Below are positions 13,366-27,800 of a stretch of DNA of 64,000 nt, piece by piece. Location: the NCBI GenBank assembly GCA_951406725.2, contig OX597818.1, positions 70,742,001-70,806,000 on the forward strand. The letters are read 5' to 3'. Below the pieces are notes generated by a model that was not told the origin of the DNA, did no database searches, and was given only the letters and a program-made list of their open reading frames with translations. The position numbers and the translations under genes were made by a program. Origin of the DNA: Octopus vulgaris (lineage: Eukaryota). Position 1 is the first letter of the stretch. The number at the start of each line of letters is the position of its first letter.

Positions 13366-14541
13366 TAAATAGAGACACACACACTCACATACATATATTT
13401 AGATGTGTGTATGTATACATATAGATATACATATGTAAGTGTGTGTGTGTGTGTATACATGCAAATATATTTATATATGGTTCTTACGCAATTTGTATAT
13501 TGTCATAGGCAAACGATTCAGTTTAACCCCCCCACTTCAATTCACATGCATGGTATTGGTAAGTCACAAAAATGGTGAAATACCAGTATCCATCACTCCT
13601 GAATGGGTCTGGAGGTGAGTTGTCTCACTTATTTATCACCTTCATGTGTCTTAATAACCAGTGTTATGAAGGGGTCGTCTCAAAAGAGCACTGTACAACA
13701 GCAAACTGGCAAATGAGCCAAACACATTGAGTACATGTGGTCAAAACTATGTGTGTGAGTCTATACACACACATGTATATTTGTGTGTACACATGCACAT
13801 TAATACACACACACACACATAGTGTTATATTGAAGATATGACTATTTGGGCATTTTCTTTTTAAAGATATTTTCTATTTCTTTATCATAATACCTGATTC
13901 CATTTTTCTATATATATCTTGGTTTTCTTCTTTTTTTCCCTTCTATCTTTTTAAAATTAATACGTTTCTCTCAACTAGAATCTACTCTAGTAATATGTCT
14001 AAAACACATCAGTTCCAGTTGAAAGATCATCTTCAGTTTCTATTAAAACTGATTTTATTCATTTATTTGTTAAGATTTCAGTTGAAAAAATTCAGAGCAT
14101 TTTATTCAAACAGCAAATTACAAAAACTTCATTTCTTTTCTGACCAGTTTTATTAATTTGCCACTTGTTCATTAAGACATGACTGCAAAAAAAATCAAAG
14201 CTTTGATTAAACTTGTCTAAGTTTCTTTTTAACTATTCTCCTCCTTCTAAATAATGTTCCATTTCTGTATGCCATATTCAGCCATTGTTGTTCTCCAGTT
14301 AATTTATTTTATGTAGCAATCAACCTCACTAGAGACAGCAACTCCACGGAAAAAAACCCTCTTTTACTTTATTCAGTGGGTTCACATAATACGTTCCTTA
14401 TTGTCCTTGTTTTTGCTGACATTGAGCAATAATCCAGCTTCTGACCACAAACTCAGACCATGTTCATTTTATGTAAACAATTGTCATGTCTGCTTCTCTT
14501 CTTTTACCTTCCACTAATATTTAGAGCAATTTCAAAATACT

Positions 14542-14612
<71 letters not shown>

Positions 14613-14649
14613 CACACACACACACACACACAAACATCCTGAGAAAACA

Positions 14650-14970
14650 AACCATCAGAATTCAGAACCTGGCACCAGCCCTGCTTCTCCTCATTTCAAA
14701 GATTTGAGCAAAGTAAACTGTCATTATGGCTCAGTGGCCTGGAGCAAAGCAGGCCTTGCTGTCCACTCAACAAAACACATAGTGAATCATCCACAAGCAC
14801 TTGAGCAAACTGAGTCCTCAACACTTGCTCCATTTGCCAAAAGGTTTGCAAGGCACCAGCAGAGGCCCCTCAAGAGACACATTCATGTCTACAGAACATG
14901 ATTACTGCTTTATTTTATTGAGCCCTCATTTGCCATTCACAACAAGAGAATCCATCATCATCATCATCAT
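14650..14970 (+). mobile_element. 3' end of an RTE-like LINE (degenerate C2H2-type fingers plus (CAT)n tail)
   Basis: Translation gives CHYGSVAWSKAGLAVH and, after frameshifts, CSICQKVCKAPA..LKRHIHV. A short UTR and (CAT)n follow. Confidence 0.5.
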
Positions 14971-15263
14971 ATATGTATAAACACTTGATTTATGGCTCAA
15001 CTGACCAAAACTTCAAAGTCACTGTCAAATAATATTCTTGTTTAAGGATAATGAACTTATACTGTACAAAAGAATAGAGTAACACACCAGATTATTGTGA
15101 AATAGGTTTTATTACAACTGAGCATAAAAGCAAACATTAACTTAAATATATAATATATACGTACATACGTGTGTGTGTGTGTGTGTGTGTGTGTGTTAAA
15201 TAAAATGATACAAGAAAGCCAAGGCTGTGTGGGATTTTCAGGACATTTATAATGAGAAAGTTA

Positions 15264-15311
15264 GTCTTACAGCTGTTTCTAGGATATTAGGGATATCTTG
15301 TCATCAGAGAC
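15264..15311 (-). ncRNA. Type-I minimal hammerhead ribozyme motif (imperfect stem II)
   Basis: The minus strand reads GTCT-CTGATGA-cAAGATAT-cccta-ATATCCTa-GAAA-C-AGCT-G-TA^AGAC. It has the full catalytic core, stem I GTCT/AGAC, palindromic stem III ACAGCTGT and a GUA cleavage triplet. Confidence 0.7.
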
Positions 15312-15774
15312 GATGTGAGATGGTTAAAGTTCAATATGAGGAGTTATTTTGGAAAAGGAGGCAAATAAGGAGTCTATAGGGAAATAGGAGAATGAATGCA
15401 AAAATAAAAATATGTAAAGATGTTATACTTGCACTATCATTATCCAAGGAAAGTTGTGTGTAGAATGCTTCTGGTCCATGGTATATAAATTCCAATAGGA
15501 GTTCATATTTTGTCATCACAAATGACAAGTGTGGAGACGTAGATTCCATGTTCTGCTCATGATTTAAGTTGGTTAGCTGTAGCCAATGCCAGTAGATACT
15601 GCTTGTTTGCATTGTTTAATCAGCATAGTTCATCAGTCCATCATATTGATAACAGCTGATCAAATTAAATGTTTTGTACTCTACTTTGTGGTATTGAGTT
15701 CTTCTTTTCATTTGTTATTACAAATGTATGCGCATATATATAATTATTATTATTATTATTATTATTATTAATAA

Positions 15775-15985
15775 GGCAGCAAGCTGGCAGAATTGCTAGC
15801 ATGCTGGATGAAATGCTTAATGGTATTTTACCCGGCGCTACATTCTGAGTTCAAATTCCACCAAGGTTGGCTTTGCCTTTCATCCTTTCAGGGTCAATAA
15901 ATAAAGTACCAGTGAAACACTGGGGTTGATGTAATCAACTATCCCCTCCCCCAAAATTCCAAGCCTTGTGCCTTTAGTAGAAAGG

Positions 15986-15987
<2 letters not shown>
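15775..15987 (+). mobile_element. SINE family B, tail B1, within a (TAT)n tract
   Basis: Head GGCAGCAAGCTGGCAGAA, B-box GAGTTCAAATTCC and tail GCCTTGTGCCTTTAGTAGAAAGG. Flanked by (TAT)n on both sides. Confidence 0.85.
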
Positions 15988-16028
<41 letters not shown>

Positions 16029-16258
16029 GGCGGCAAGCTGGCAGAAACGTTAGCATGCCAGGCGAAATGCTTAGTGGTATTTCGGCTGTTGTTACGTTCT
16101 GAGTTCAAATTCCGCTGAGGTCAACTTTGCCTTTCATCCTTTCGGGGTCGATAAATAAAGTACCAGTTTCGCACTGGGGTCGATGTAATCGACTTAATCC
16201 CTTTGTCTGTCCTTGTTTGTCCCCTCTATGCTTAACCCCTTGTGGGCAGTAAAGAATA
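16029..16258 (+). mobile_element. SINE family B, tail B2 (Tx1-like), CpG-retaining copy
   Basis: Same head and body as 15775-15987 but a different tail, TTTGTCCCCTCTATGCTTAACCCCTTGTGGGCAGTAAAGAA. Flanked by (TAT)n. Confidence 0.85.
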
Positions 16259-16278
16259 ATAATTATTATTATTATTAT

Positions 16279-16340
<62 letters not shown>

Positions 16341-16599
16341 TTTACTATTCTCTAAACTAAAAATCTCTCTCTCTTTTTTTTTCTTTGAGTCTTTAATTAA
16401 TGAGGGAAAGGCACTAATACCAAAGAACCTTTATGTTTGGAACCTCTGAGATGAGTCGTAGGGAGGGAGGAAGCTATTCTCACAACTCAAGAGACTTGGT
16501 CCAACTCTCAAAGCCCTGGGGACAGGCGCTGTTAAACTGGTTGATACACTGTACCACCCAACAACTTTCAACTGAAGGAACTGGAAGAAATACCACCAG

Positions 16600-16772
16600 G
16601 CATCACATCCCATGTTCCAATAATTTCTCTCCCCCTCCACTGGATATTATTGACCTCTGAGAAAAAGAAGGCAAAGTTAACCTTGGCAGAATTTGAACTC
16701 AATGTGCAGGGAAGTGAAAGAAATACAACAAAGCAATTTGTCTTACACTCTATCAACTCTGCCAATTCCCTG
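16600..16772 (-). mobile_element. SINE family B, degenerate inverted copy
   Basis: GAAGGCAAAGTTAACCTTGGCAGAATTTGAACTC..CTCTGCCAATTCCC is the reverse complement of the family B head and body. Confidence 0.7.
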
Positions 16773-17354
16773 CTTAAATGTGTGTGTATCCATGCATACA
16801 TATGTGTACATGTATGTATGTGTACGTGTGTATATGTACATACACACACACATGCACGTACGTACAGAAGCAACGTGTTTATAAGTGACTTTAGACTTTT
16901 GTTTGTTTCTTTCTTTATTATTCTCGTCTTGACTTAATCAATCTAGTTCTCCATTGATCTGACGGCGGAGTGGAACAAGAGAAGTGATATTAATTACTTT
17001 GGAAACTGTGACTTGTTTGATAGGATCAAGGCTTGGATTGCAGTTGATTGGGTGCAATTGAGTCTAAGCTGGACAAATTGGGTGGAAAAAATAAACATAT
17101 CAGTGTGTAAGGGGATTTGCATGGAATACGAAATGAGATGGGAGGAGCAGTGAAAGTAGGTGTGCGCGCGTGTGTGTGTGTAGTTATGTGTGTACATATG
17201 TGTGTGTGTGTACACACATGTATTAATATATTTTTCAGCAGTAGAATCACATAATTGACTCAACAGCTGAGTTCCATGTTCCACCAAATATATATATATA
17301 TATATAAATCAATAATGGGTGGGGTTTGATACAGACATACATACATACATACAG

Positions 17355-17385
<31 letters not shown>

Positions 17386-17386
<1 letters not shown>

Positions 17387-17585
17387 TCTTTTATTCTTTT
17401 ACTTATCTCAGTCATTTGACTGAAGCCATGCTGGAGCACTGCCTTTAGTCAAACAAATCGACCCCAGGATTTATTTCTGTAAGCCTAGTACTTATTCAGT
17501 CAGTCTCTTTTTCCAAACCCCTATGTTACAGGGTCGTATTCACACCAACATCAATTGTCAAGCAATGGTGGGAGGACAAACACAG

Positions 17586-17635
<50 letters not shown>

Positions 17636-17767
17636 GATGGGCTTCTTTCTATTTCCATCTACCAAATCCACACACAAAGCTTTGGTCAGTCTAAGGCTAC
17701 AGTGGAGGGCACTTGCCCAAGGTGCCACGTGGTGGGAAGGAAGCTTCTTACCACACAGCCATGCCTG
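17386..17767 (-). mobile_element. SINE family A, tail A1
   Basis: The reverse complement aligns with 54406-54815 along its length. Confidence 0.8.
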
Positions 17768-17779
17768 CCCCTCATCAAC

Positions 17780-17935
17780 ATCATCATCATCATCTAACGA
17801 CCATTGTTCATGCTTGCATGCATTGGACGCTGTGACTGGGGATGGCATGCTGGAAGGCTGCACCAGACTCCAGTCTGATTTGACATGGTTTTCTATGGCT
17901 GGGTGCCCTTCCTAATGCCAACCACTCTGAGAGCA
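17780..17935 (-). mobile_element. RTE 3'-tail repeat (family C)
   Basis: (CAT)n..CATGCTTGCATG..GGCTGCACCAGACTCCAGTCTGATTTG..TGCCCTTCCTAATGCCAACCACTCTGAG. Confidence 0.65.
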
Positions 17936-17984
17936 TCATGCATATGTACACGGATAGGTGGACAAGCAGGCAGGTGGGAAGTTT

Positions 17985-18400
17985 GCTCCTAACCACTTGG
18001 TTTCAGGGTCAGTGCCATGGTGTGACACCTTGTGAGAATGTCTTCAAACTGTAGCCCCAGTCTGACGAATGCCTTACAAGTGAATCTGATAGACAATGCC
18101 AATACACGTCCTGTGAGATATATATATATATATATACATATACATGTGTGTGTGTGTGTGTATGTGTGTGAAAATATTTCTTTTCTGTGAGAGTATAAAT
18201 CTCATTGAGCTTTGGTCATGTTTCCTGCTGACAAATCATCTCATGGCCCTGCACTTCCACAGTTGAAAAGCACAACGAACATTCTTTTACTTGAAAGTAG
18301 GTAAAGATTAGCAGCAAGAAGAGCTTCTCACTGGAAAACAACACCCCAATGATATCTATTCATCTAACACATGCTAGCATGGTAAAACAGACATAAAATA
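17985..18400 (+). mobile_element. Degenerate SINE family A with RTE-type tail (A2)
   Basis: Head remnant CTCCTAACCAC.TGGTTTCAGGGTCAGT..GACACCTTG. Ends in CATGCTAGCATGG.AAAACAGACATAAAA. Confidence 0.55.
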
Positions 18401-18816
18401 TATACGACTGTACCACTAACATTTGGCCTTCTTGCCTTCTAACCAATGAGATGTAGCCACAAAATATTGTTCAATAAGGTAATGCATTGATATCACCATT
18501 GTATGATATAATCGAGATCTCTCTATTGCATTCGATATCCTTCACATAAGTATTGTTGTCAGCAATCTAATTAGCATTTAATTAAATATTGAGCACCTTC
18601 AGTGGAATATACTTCGTCTTGAGATGAGGTGAGATGGGTCTTATAAAGTACCCATCTACACTTATTATCTACTTATGTCTTATATACAGAAGCTGAGAGA
18701 GACAGAGTAACCCATGACTATGGCTGTATTTATATTTATGTGTGCATACATAGGCCTGTGTGTGTGTGTGTGTGCATTGTTTACTATAAAGGTAAACATA
18801 ACATTACAATCTTTCA

Positions 18817-19199
18817 GTGGAGTCGCAATGGCCCAGTGGTTAGGGCAGCGGACTCACGGTCGTTGGATCGCGGTTTCGATTCCCAGACCGGGCATTGTGA
18901 GTGTTTATTGAGCGAAAACACCTAAAGCTTCACAAGGCTCCTGCAGGGGGGGGGTGAACCCTGCTGTACTCTTTCACCACAACTTTCTCTCACTCTTTCT
19001 TCTTGTTTCTGTTGTACCTGTATTTCAAAGGGCCAGCCTTGTCACACTCTGTGTCACGCTGAATCTCCTCGAGAACTACGTTAAGGGTACACGTGTCTGT
19101 GGCATGCTCAGCCACTTGCACGTTAATTCCACGAGCAGGCTGTTCCGTTGATCGTATCAGCTGGGACCCTCATCGTCGTAACCGACGGAGTGCTCCTAC
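18817..19199 (+). mobile_element. Young tRNA-derived SINE (family D body) with 12-bp target-site duplication
   Basis: A-box TGGCCCAGTGG, B-box GGTTTCGATTCCC and many intact CpGs. TACAATCTTTCA occurs at both 18805-18816 and 19200-19211. Confidence 0.9.
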
Positions 19200-19767
19200 T
19201 ACAATCTTTCAAATGCTGTCAATGCAAACAAACATACATACACATACATACAATAGCAACAGGTTTAAACTCTCTTAAGAAGAACTTCGAAAAAAATTTT
19301 TTTTTAATAACACACACACACACACACATACACACACACTTGTAACTTATAACGAAGGACAAGCAGCCAAGGAAGTTGCAGAAGGTGAAAAGCACTCTGC
19401 ATTCTAACGAAAGGTCATGTCTGGCCATATTTGTGAGAGAGATTCAAAATGAGCGATAACTGTCGACCAGGTCAGGTGACTGGACCCTTCCCTGGACTTT
19501 CCAACGATGGACGTCTAGCAAAGGCATCCTTTCATATACATATATAGAGAGAGGGGGAGGAGGGGGACTGACAATGCTGTGGGGTGAAGAAGTTTAGCCA
19601 AATGTTTGCAGATCTCATCCCATGTATTTTGTACCGTGATTTAGCTGTTTTAGAAATACATACCAGTAAAATAAATACTGGAGTTGATATGACTGACAAA
19701 GGTGGTGCCCCAGCATGGCCACAGTCGGCAAGTGAAACCAATAAAGGAATACTTTTCAATGCAGCCA

Positions 19768-22790
<3,023 letters not shown>

Positions 22791-23369
22791 GTGTATAGAG
22801 AGGAATTACTGCTAGCAGTTGTAGTACGGAGGAAATGAAGAGTAGTAAGTCTTTAACTGATAATGGAAGAGTGAGATGGCATAAGAGGGTGGCTGGCTTT
22901 GGTGCCAAGAAGACTACTAAAACCAGATTTGAAATTTAGATATTAAAATATCAAAATAAAATACTAGAAGTAAAACCTACATTAGAGTGTGCAGTTTTCC
23001 ATGTTAAATGTTCACTGCAGTGCATAGAATTTATCCCAGAGTAATGTACACCTGTTTCCATCTCAGGTATTCTAGTACAAAAGAACAGCCCACCTTTCCT
23101 GCCTCTTTCTTCTATTCTGTCCTGTCTTTACTATCTTTCTTATCCATTACTCCTAACACTGTCTCTTCTACTTCTCCTCCTTGCCCTCCTCCTTCTTCAC
23201 CACAACCACTTGGTTTCCCCTATGTTTTTCTTTCTGCTTCCCACCCTACAGTGCAATCAGCCTTTCTTCTATTCACTCCATGGGTCATAACCACCCTGAA
23301 TGGACAGAGACAACAGAGAGTGGTTGGCAGCTCATTTCTCTTGAAGGGAACACAACAACTTCATTTAAT

Positions 23370-24616
23370 GCTGGAGAGGTTCATAGTCCAACTGATTAGG
23401 AAGAGAGTTAGTCTAGATGCAGTTTGGTGTTGTGCTAGGGAGAAGCACCATTGATGCTGTATTTCTTGTAAGGCAGCTGCAGGAGAAATACACAGCCAAA
23501 GGTAAACCTTTGTACTTGGCTTTTGGTGACATGGACAAAGCCTTTGACAGAGTCCGCTGATCCCTTATCTGGTGGTTAATGCAGAAACTAGGGATAGACG
23601 AGTGGTTGGTGAGAGCTGTACAGGGATTCAGTTAGTAAGATGAGGTTTGGCAACAAGTATAGTGATGAATTCAGGGTACAAGTAGGGGTTCACCAAGGAT
23701 CTTCATCCCCCTTCTATTCATCATCGTCTTCCAGACAATAACAGAGGAATCTAAGATGGGCTGTTCCTAGGAGCTCCTCGATGCTGATGACCTTGTTCTC
23801 ATAGCTGAATCTCTTCGAGAACAAGAGAAGAAATTTCAGGTGTGAAGGTAAGGTATAGAATCAAAGGGCCTTAGAGTTAATCTAGCAAAAACCAAAGTCT
23901 TAGTTAATAGGAAAGCAGACAAATCACATATCCCCTCAAGTAGGTGGCCCTGCTTAATCTGTAGAAAAGGCATAGGTAGAAACTCCATATAAGATTTACC
24001 CAGTGTAAGCTAAGTAGACATAAGAGGTGCAGCAATATGAGAGGAAGGTTAACAGGGAAACTAGTTTTTGTCTGTGGAAGGAGCACAGGTACAATAAACA
24101 CTACAAATATACAGAAAATAAACGTCATCCAATGCCAGGTGGGTAAGCTAGAAGTAGTTAATAGCTTCTGTTATCTAGGTAACCAAGCTAGTGGTGGAGG
24201 TGGATGCTCCAAGAATGTAGCTGTGAAAAGAGGCCAAATTCAGAGAGCTTCTACCTCTGATGGTAACAAAGGGCCTCTCCCTCAAAATAAAAAGTAGACT
24301 ATGATACTACATGGCAGTAAAACATTGGCTGTGACCACTGAGGACATGTGTAGGCTTGAAGGAAATGAAGCTTTTATGATCCGCTGGATGTGCAATGTCA
24401 GTGTGTATGTATGACAGTGTAAATGTCTTGAGAGAAAAGTTGGGCGTAAGAGGTATCGGATCTGGTGAGCAAGAGAACAACTGCGCTAGTATGGTCATGT
24501 AATGCATATGCCAAATCAGACTGAAAGCTGGTGCCACTCTCTGGCTTGTCAGCTCCAGTCAAACCGTCCAACCCATGCCAGCACAGAAAGCAGACACTAA
24601 ACGATGATGATGATGA
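23370..24616 (+). mobile_element. 5'-truncated, decayed RTE-clade LINE (reverse transcriptase to 3' tail)
   Basis: Translation gives QFG..GRSTIDAVFLVRQLQEKY..KPLYLAFGDMDKAFDRV, VGVHQG, LLDADDLVLIAE (YADD box), KGLRVNLAKTKV and LEVVNSFCYLG. Ends in AACCCATGCCAGCA..TAAAC(GAT)n. Confidence 0.9.
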
Positions 24617-24627
24617 TATTTATACAA

Positions 24628-24783
24628 TGAATTTCTTTCAGTTTCTGTCTACTAAATCCACTCACAAGGCTTTGGTATGCCTGAGGCTATAGAATGAGAC
24701 ATTTCCCCCAAGGTACCATGCAGTGAGACTGAACCCAGAACCATGTGGTTGGGAAGCAAGCTTCTTACCATATAGCCATGCTT
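24628..24783 (-). mobile_element. 5' half of SINE family A
   Basis: Reverse complement of GGCTATATGGTAAGAAGCTTGCTTCCCAACCACATGG..GTGAGTGGATTT.GTAGAC.GAAACTGAAAGAA. Confidence 0.8.
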
Positions 24784-24907
24784 TAGTAAATATGAATATT
24801 AGTATACATATACATATATATATACATGCACAAATATGCATTCGTGTACATATATGAAGCAATCTTGTCTCAGCATCTCACTTTCCTTGATGACAGGTCT
24901 GCAGTAA

Positions 24908-24949
<42 letters not shown>

Positions 24950-25757
24950 TGAGTGTGTATTTGTTGAGACATGTCTTCCGGGGGAAAACTGTGGTTTAAT
25001 TGCCAATTGCTTGTATTTGTTTTATTATATTGAGTTTGTGTTTTATACATTTATTGTTGCTGTTGTTTCATAAGCTTATTTAGTGTCATTCATTTTTTCA
25101 TTTTGATTGTGTGTGCGTGTGTGTGTGCGTGCGTGTTCTCTCAAATGTGTACTCACTCTTTCAAACAAACATAGGAACCTGTCCGTATCATTTATATCCA
25201 AACATATTTCTCTCCAGAAATGTATTAGTCTATATATGCTTGTGTATCAAAAGTGTGTGTATGAAACTACCTTCACACTCACATGTAAATATTATGCAAA
25301 TATGCAAACATGCCAAATATTTGCAAATTTGTAAATATGTCATATGTTTGTTAATAACATTTGCTTGTATTTTACCCTGTCAGTAAACTAACTGACAACT
25401 GGGTACTGGGTGTGGTATGAGTTGACCGAGGCAATTAGAGTGATCTGCCCTTTGCATCAATCTCATGGCTTTACTAATATTGGACTTCATCACATTCGGT
25501 GACAGTAATTTGCTGTTCCAAACACAAGTCACAAAATTTAATTTACACACACACACACACAGAAAGCACACACACACACACAGAAAGCACATACACACAC
25601 ATGCAGACACACACACTCACACACATATTTTGTTCATTTCTTCAATTCTCATTGACATAAAGCCATAGCACCGACTGACTGTTGAGTAATTTGTACACTC
25701 CAAGAGGTTAAACATATCTTACTTAGGTGAACCAAGCTTCTGCTCCATGAGCTCATG

Positions 25758-27140
25758 TAGATGGATGGATGGATGGATGGATATGTTTCTTTATTGGCCA
25801 CACAGAACTGAACACAGAGGGGACAAAATACAAAGTAGAGCTTTACTTTTTGGGAAGAGAAGGAAAAAAAAATTGGGGTAGAATTTTGATCAAAAGGGAA
25901 ATCGTAAAAAAAAAGGCCAATCAATAGGGGTTGTGTATCACAGAAATTTTATAGTGTAAAAGGGGAAACAGATTAGGTTTATCCATGGAGAGAAAAGCCA
26001 ACGGAAAAGACCACGGTAAGCTTGGGCAGTAATGTCATGCCAAAAAAAACACATTACAGTGAGTGACTCTCTTTTTTCCTTTCTTTTTTTGGGTTCATAG
26101 GATTATGCTCAAGGTGGATCCATCATTCACACATCCTATCCTTGCTACATTCACGCATCTTTTTTTGAAACATTCACTAGAAAAAAATTCCCTCTCTACT
26201 CTCACCTTCCTCTTCAAGTGATGCTTGAAGAAGTTGATGAGAGATTGACCAGGGAGGAAAGTGTTTGTCTCGAGACCTTTCAGACACATCCACCATACAC
26301 ATTCTTTTGTCATAGCTACAAGTACGATGAAAATGGCTCTTCCTTCCCATTTCAAGGAAGGAGGTGTGACAATATTCACGATAGACTCAGTTGATAAACT
26401 GACTCGTCCCACACGCGATAGCAGTTGTCAACATAGGCCCACAGGTCGGAAATGGTTGGACACTGTACAAGTGTGTGCAGAATGGTTTCATCACTGTGAC
26501 CGTATCTTGGGCAGGTCAGCCCCGTGTTTCCCAAGCCATGTCTGTAGAGCTTATCTCGAATGGGTAACACTTCTCATTAGCACTGCCAGGGCAGGGAGCC
26601 CTTTGGAAGTTGTCCATAGGTCCCAGCCTGAAAGTCATCTTGAACAGGCAGGTCAGATATTCCTCATCAACACCCAGGTTTGCCCCTGTTGTTGTACCTC
26701 CCTTTCACTAATCCCCTATAGAATGCTTTTGTTGTGTTGAAGTCGCTCAAGGTTGGCCCAGGATGGCATAATTGCTCGAGAGCAATGCAACATTTGCTGT
26801 GCCATTCGCTTCTTTTTGATCCACAACTGCAGTTCCATCATGGAAACGAGCTGCAGGAAAGAGCGCCTTATAAAACGGTGACCACACCTGTTTACCATCA
26901 TCTACGTGGAGCTGGAGGTGTCGCAGTCTCAGCGCATGTTTGCACATCATCAACCTCAGCATGCCCAGCCCTCCTTTTAATGGGTGTTGGCAGCAAACGG
27001 ATTACCTGACAATCAGAATGCATCCTTTCCACAAGAAGTGGAAGAGAATGCGTTCTAGTTTGGTGATGGTAGGGTTGGGACAAGGCACGACGGTCAGGCG
27101 GTAGTAGATGACGGACGCGATGTACGTGTTCGCCACCTCC
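25758..27140 (-). mobile_element. 5'-truncated Tx1/L1-clade LINE (post-RT region, zf-RVT, 3' UTR, (ATCC)n tail)
   Basis: Minus-strand translation gives EVANTYIASVIYYRLTVVPCP..KLERILFHFLWKG..KGGLG and LPIRDKLYRHG..CPR..DETILHTLVQCP..LWAYV. The 3' end has AATAAA followed by (ATCC)n. Confidence 0.85.
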
Positions 27141-27231
27141 ATAGATAGATAGATAGATGGATAGACAGACAGACAGATAGACAGCTAGATAAATAGATAG
27201 ATAGATAGAGAGAGAGAGAGAGATGTGTGTG

Positions 27232-27480
27232 AAGGCACATAATTGCCAAATTATGGGTTCAGTTCCTGGACCAGGCAGTGCACTGTGTTCTTGAGCAAAA
27301 CACTTCATTTCACATTCCTCCATGATCATTTTGACATGTGTCCTGCCCCTTCTGCCCCTGTAGAGGCAACGTTGATTTGACAATCAGCTGTGAGCTAATG
27401 TGCAGCTCATACATTTGACCACTATAAACAAATCTTTTGTGTGGGTCGTTTGGCAGAAGCTGAATGCTCATGAGTCATCT
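27232..27480 (+). mobile_element. Degenerate tRNA-derived SINE fragment with CORE-like segment
   Basis: GGGTTCAGTTCCTGGACC..TGTGTTCTTGAGCAAAACACTTCATTTCAC, similar to the head of 62960-63290. Confidence 0.5.
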
Positions 27481-27529
27481 TCAACAGGAAAGTCTATCAC
27501 ACACACGCACACACGCACAAATTGGCACT

Positions 27530-27800
27530 GGCATGGCTATGAAGTTTGCTTCCAAATGATATGGTTTTGGGTTCTGTCCAGTTGTATCACACCTTGGGCA
27601 AGTATTTTCTACTATAGTCATGGACCTTGTAGCTTTTGTTTTTACTTTTGTTTTGAGCTCAGAATGTGTGTATGTTAGTGTCTCCAAGTCTTGACATCAT
27701 GTAAGGGTTGTAAATAAGTATCACCACCATATAAGAGGTGTCCTTCGTTTCCAATCTACCTGGAAAATATGAGTGGCCATGAGAAAATATTTTACTCAGA
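27530..27800 (+). mobile_element. Degenerate SINE family A (A2-type body)
   Basis: TTGCTTCCAA..TGGTTTTGGGTTCTGTCCA..CACCTTGGGCAAGTATTTTCTACTATAG. Confidence 0.6.

Noticed and set aside
18817-18895. tRNA gene (also 62960-63030)
   Set aside because: A and B boxes are present, but there is no proper acceptor stem or cloverleaf, and the sequence runs into a SINE body. The first copy has a TSD.
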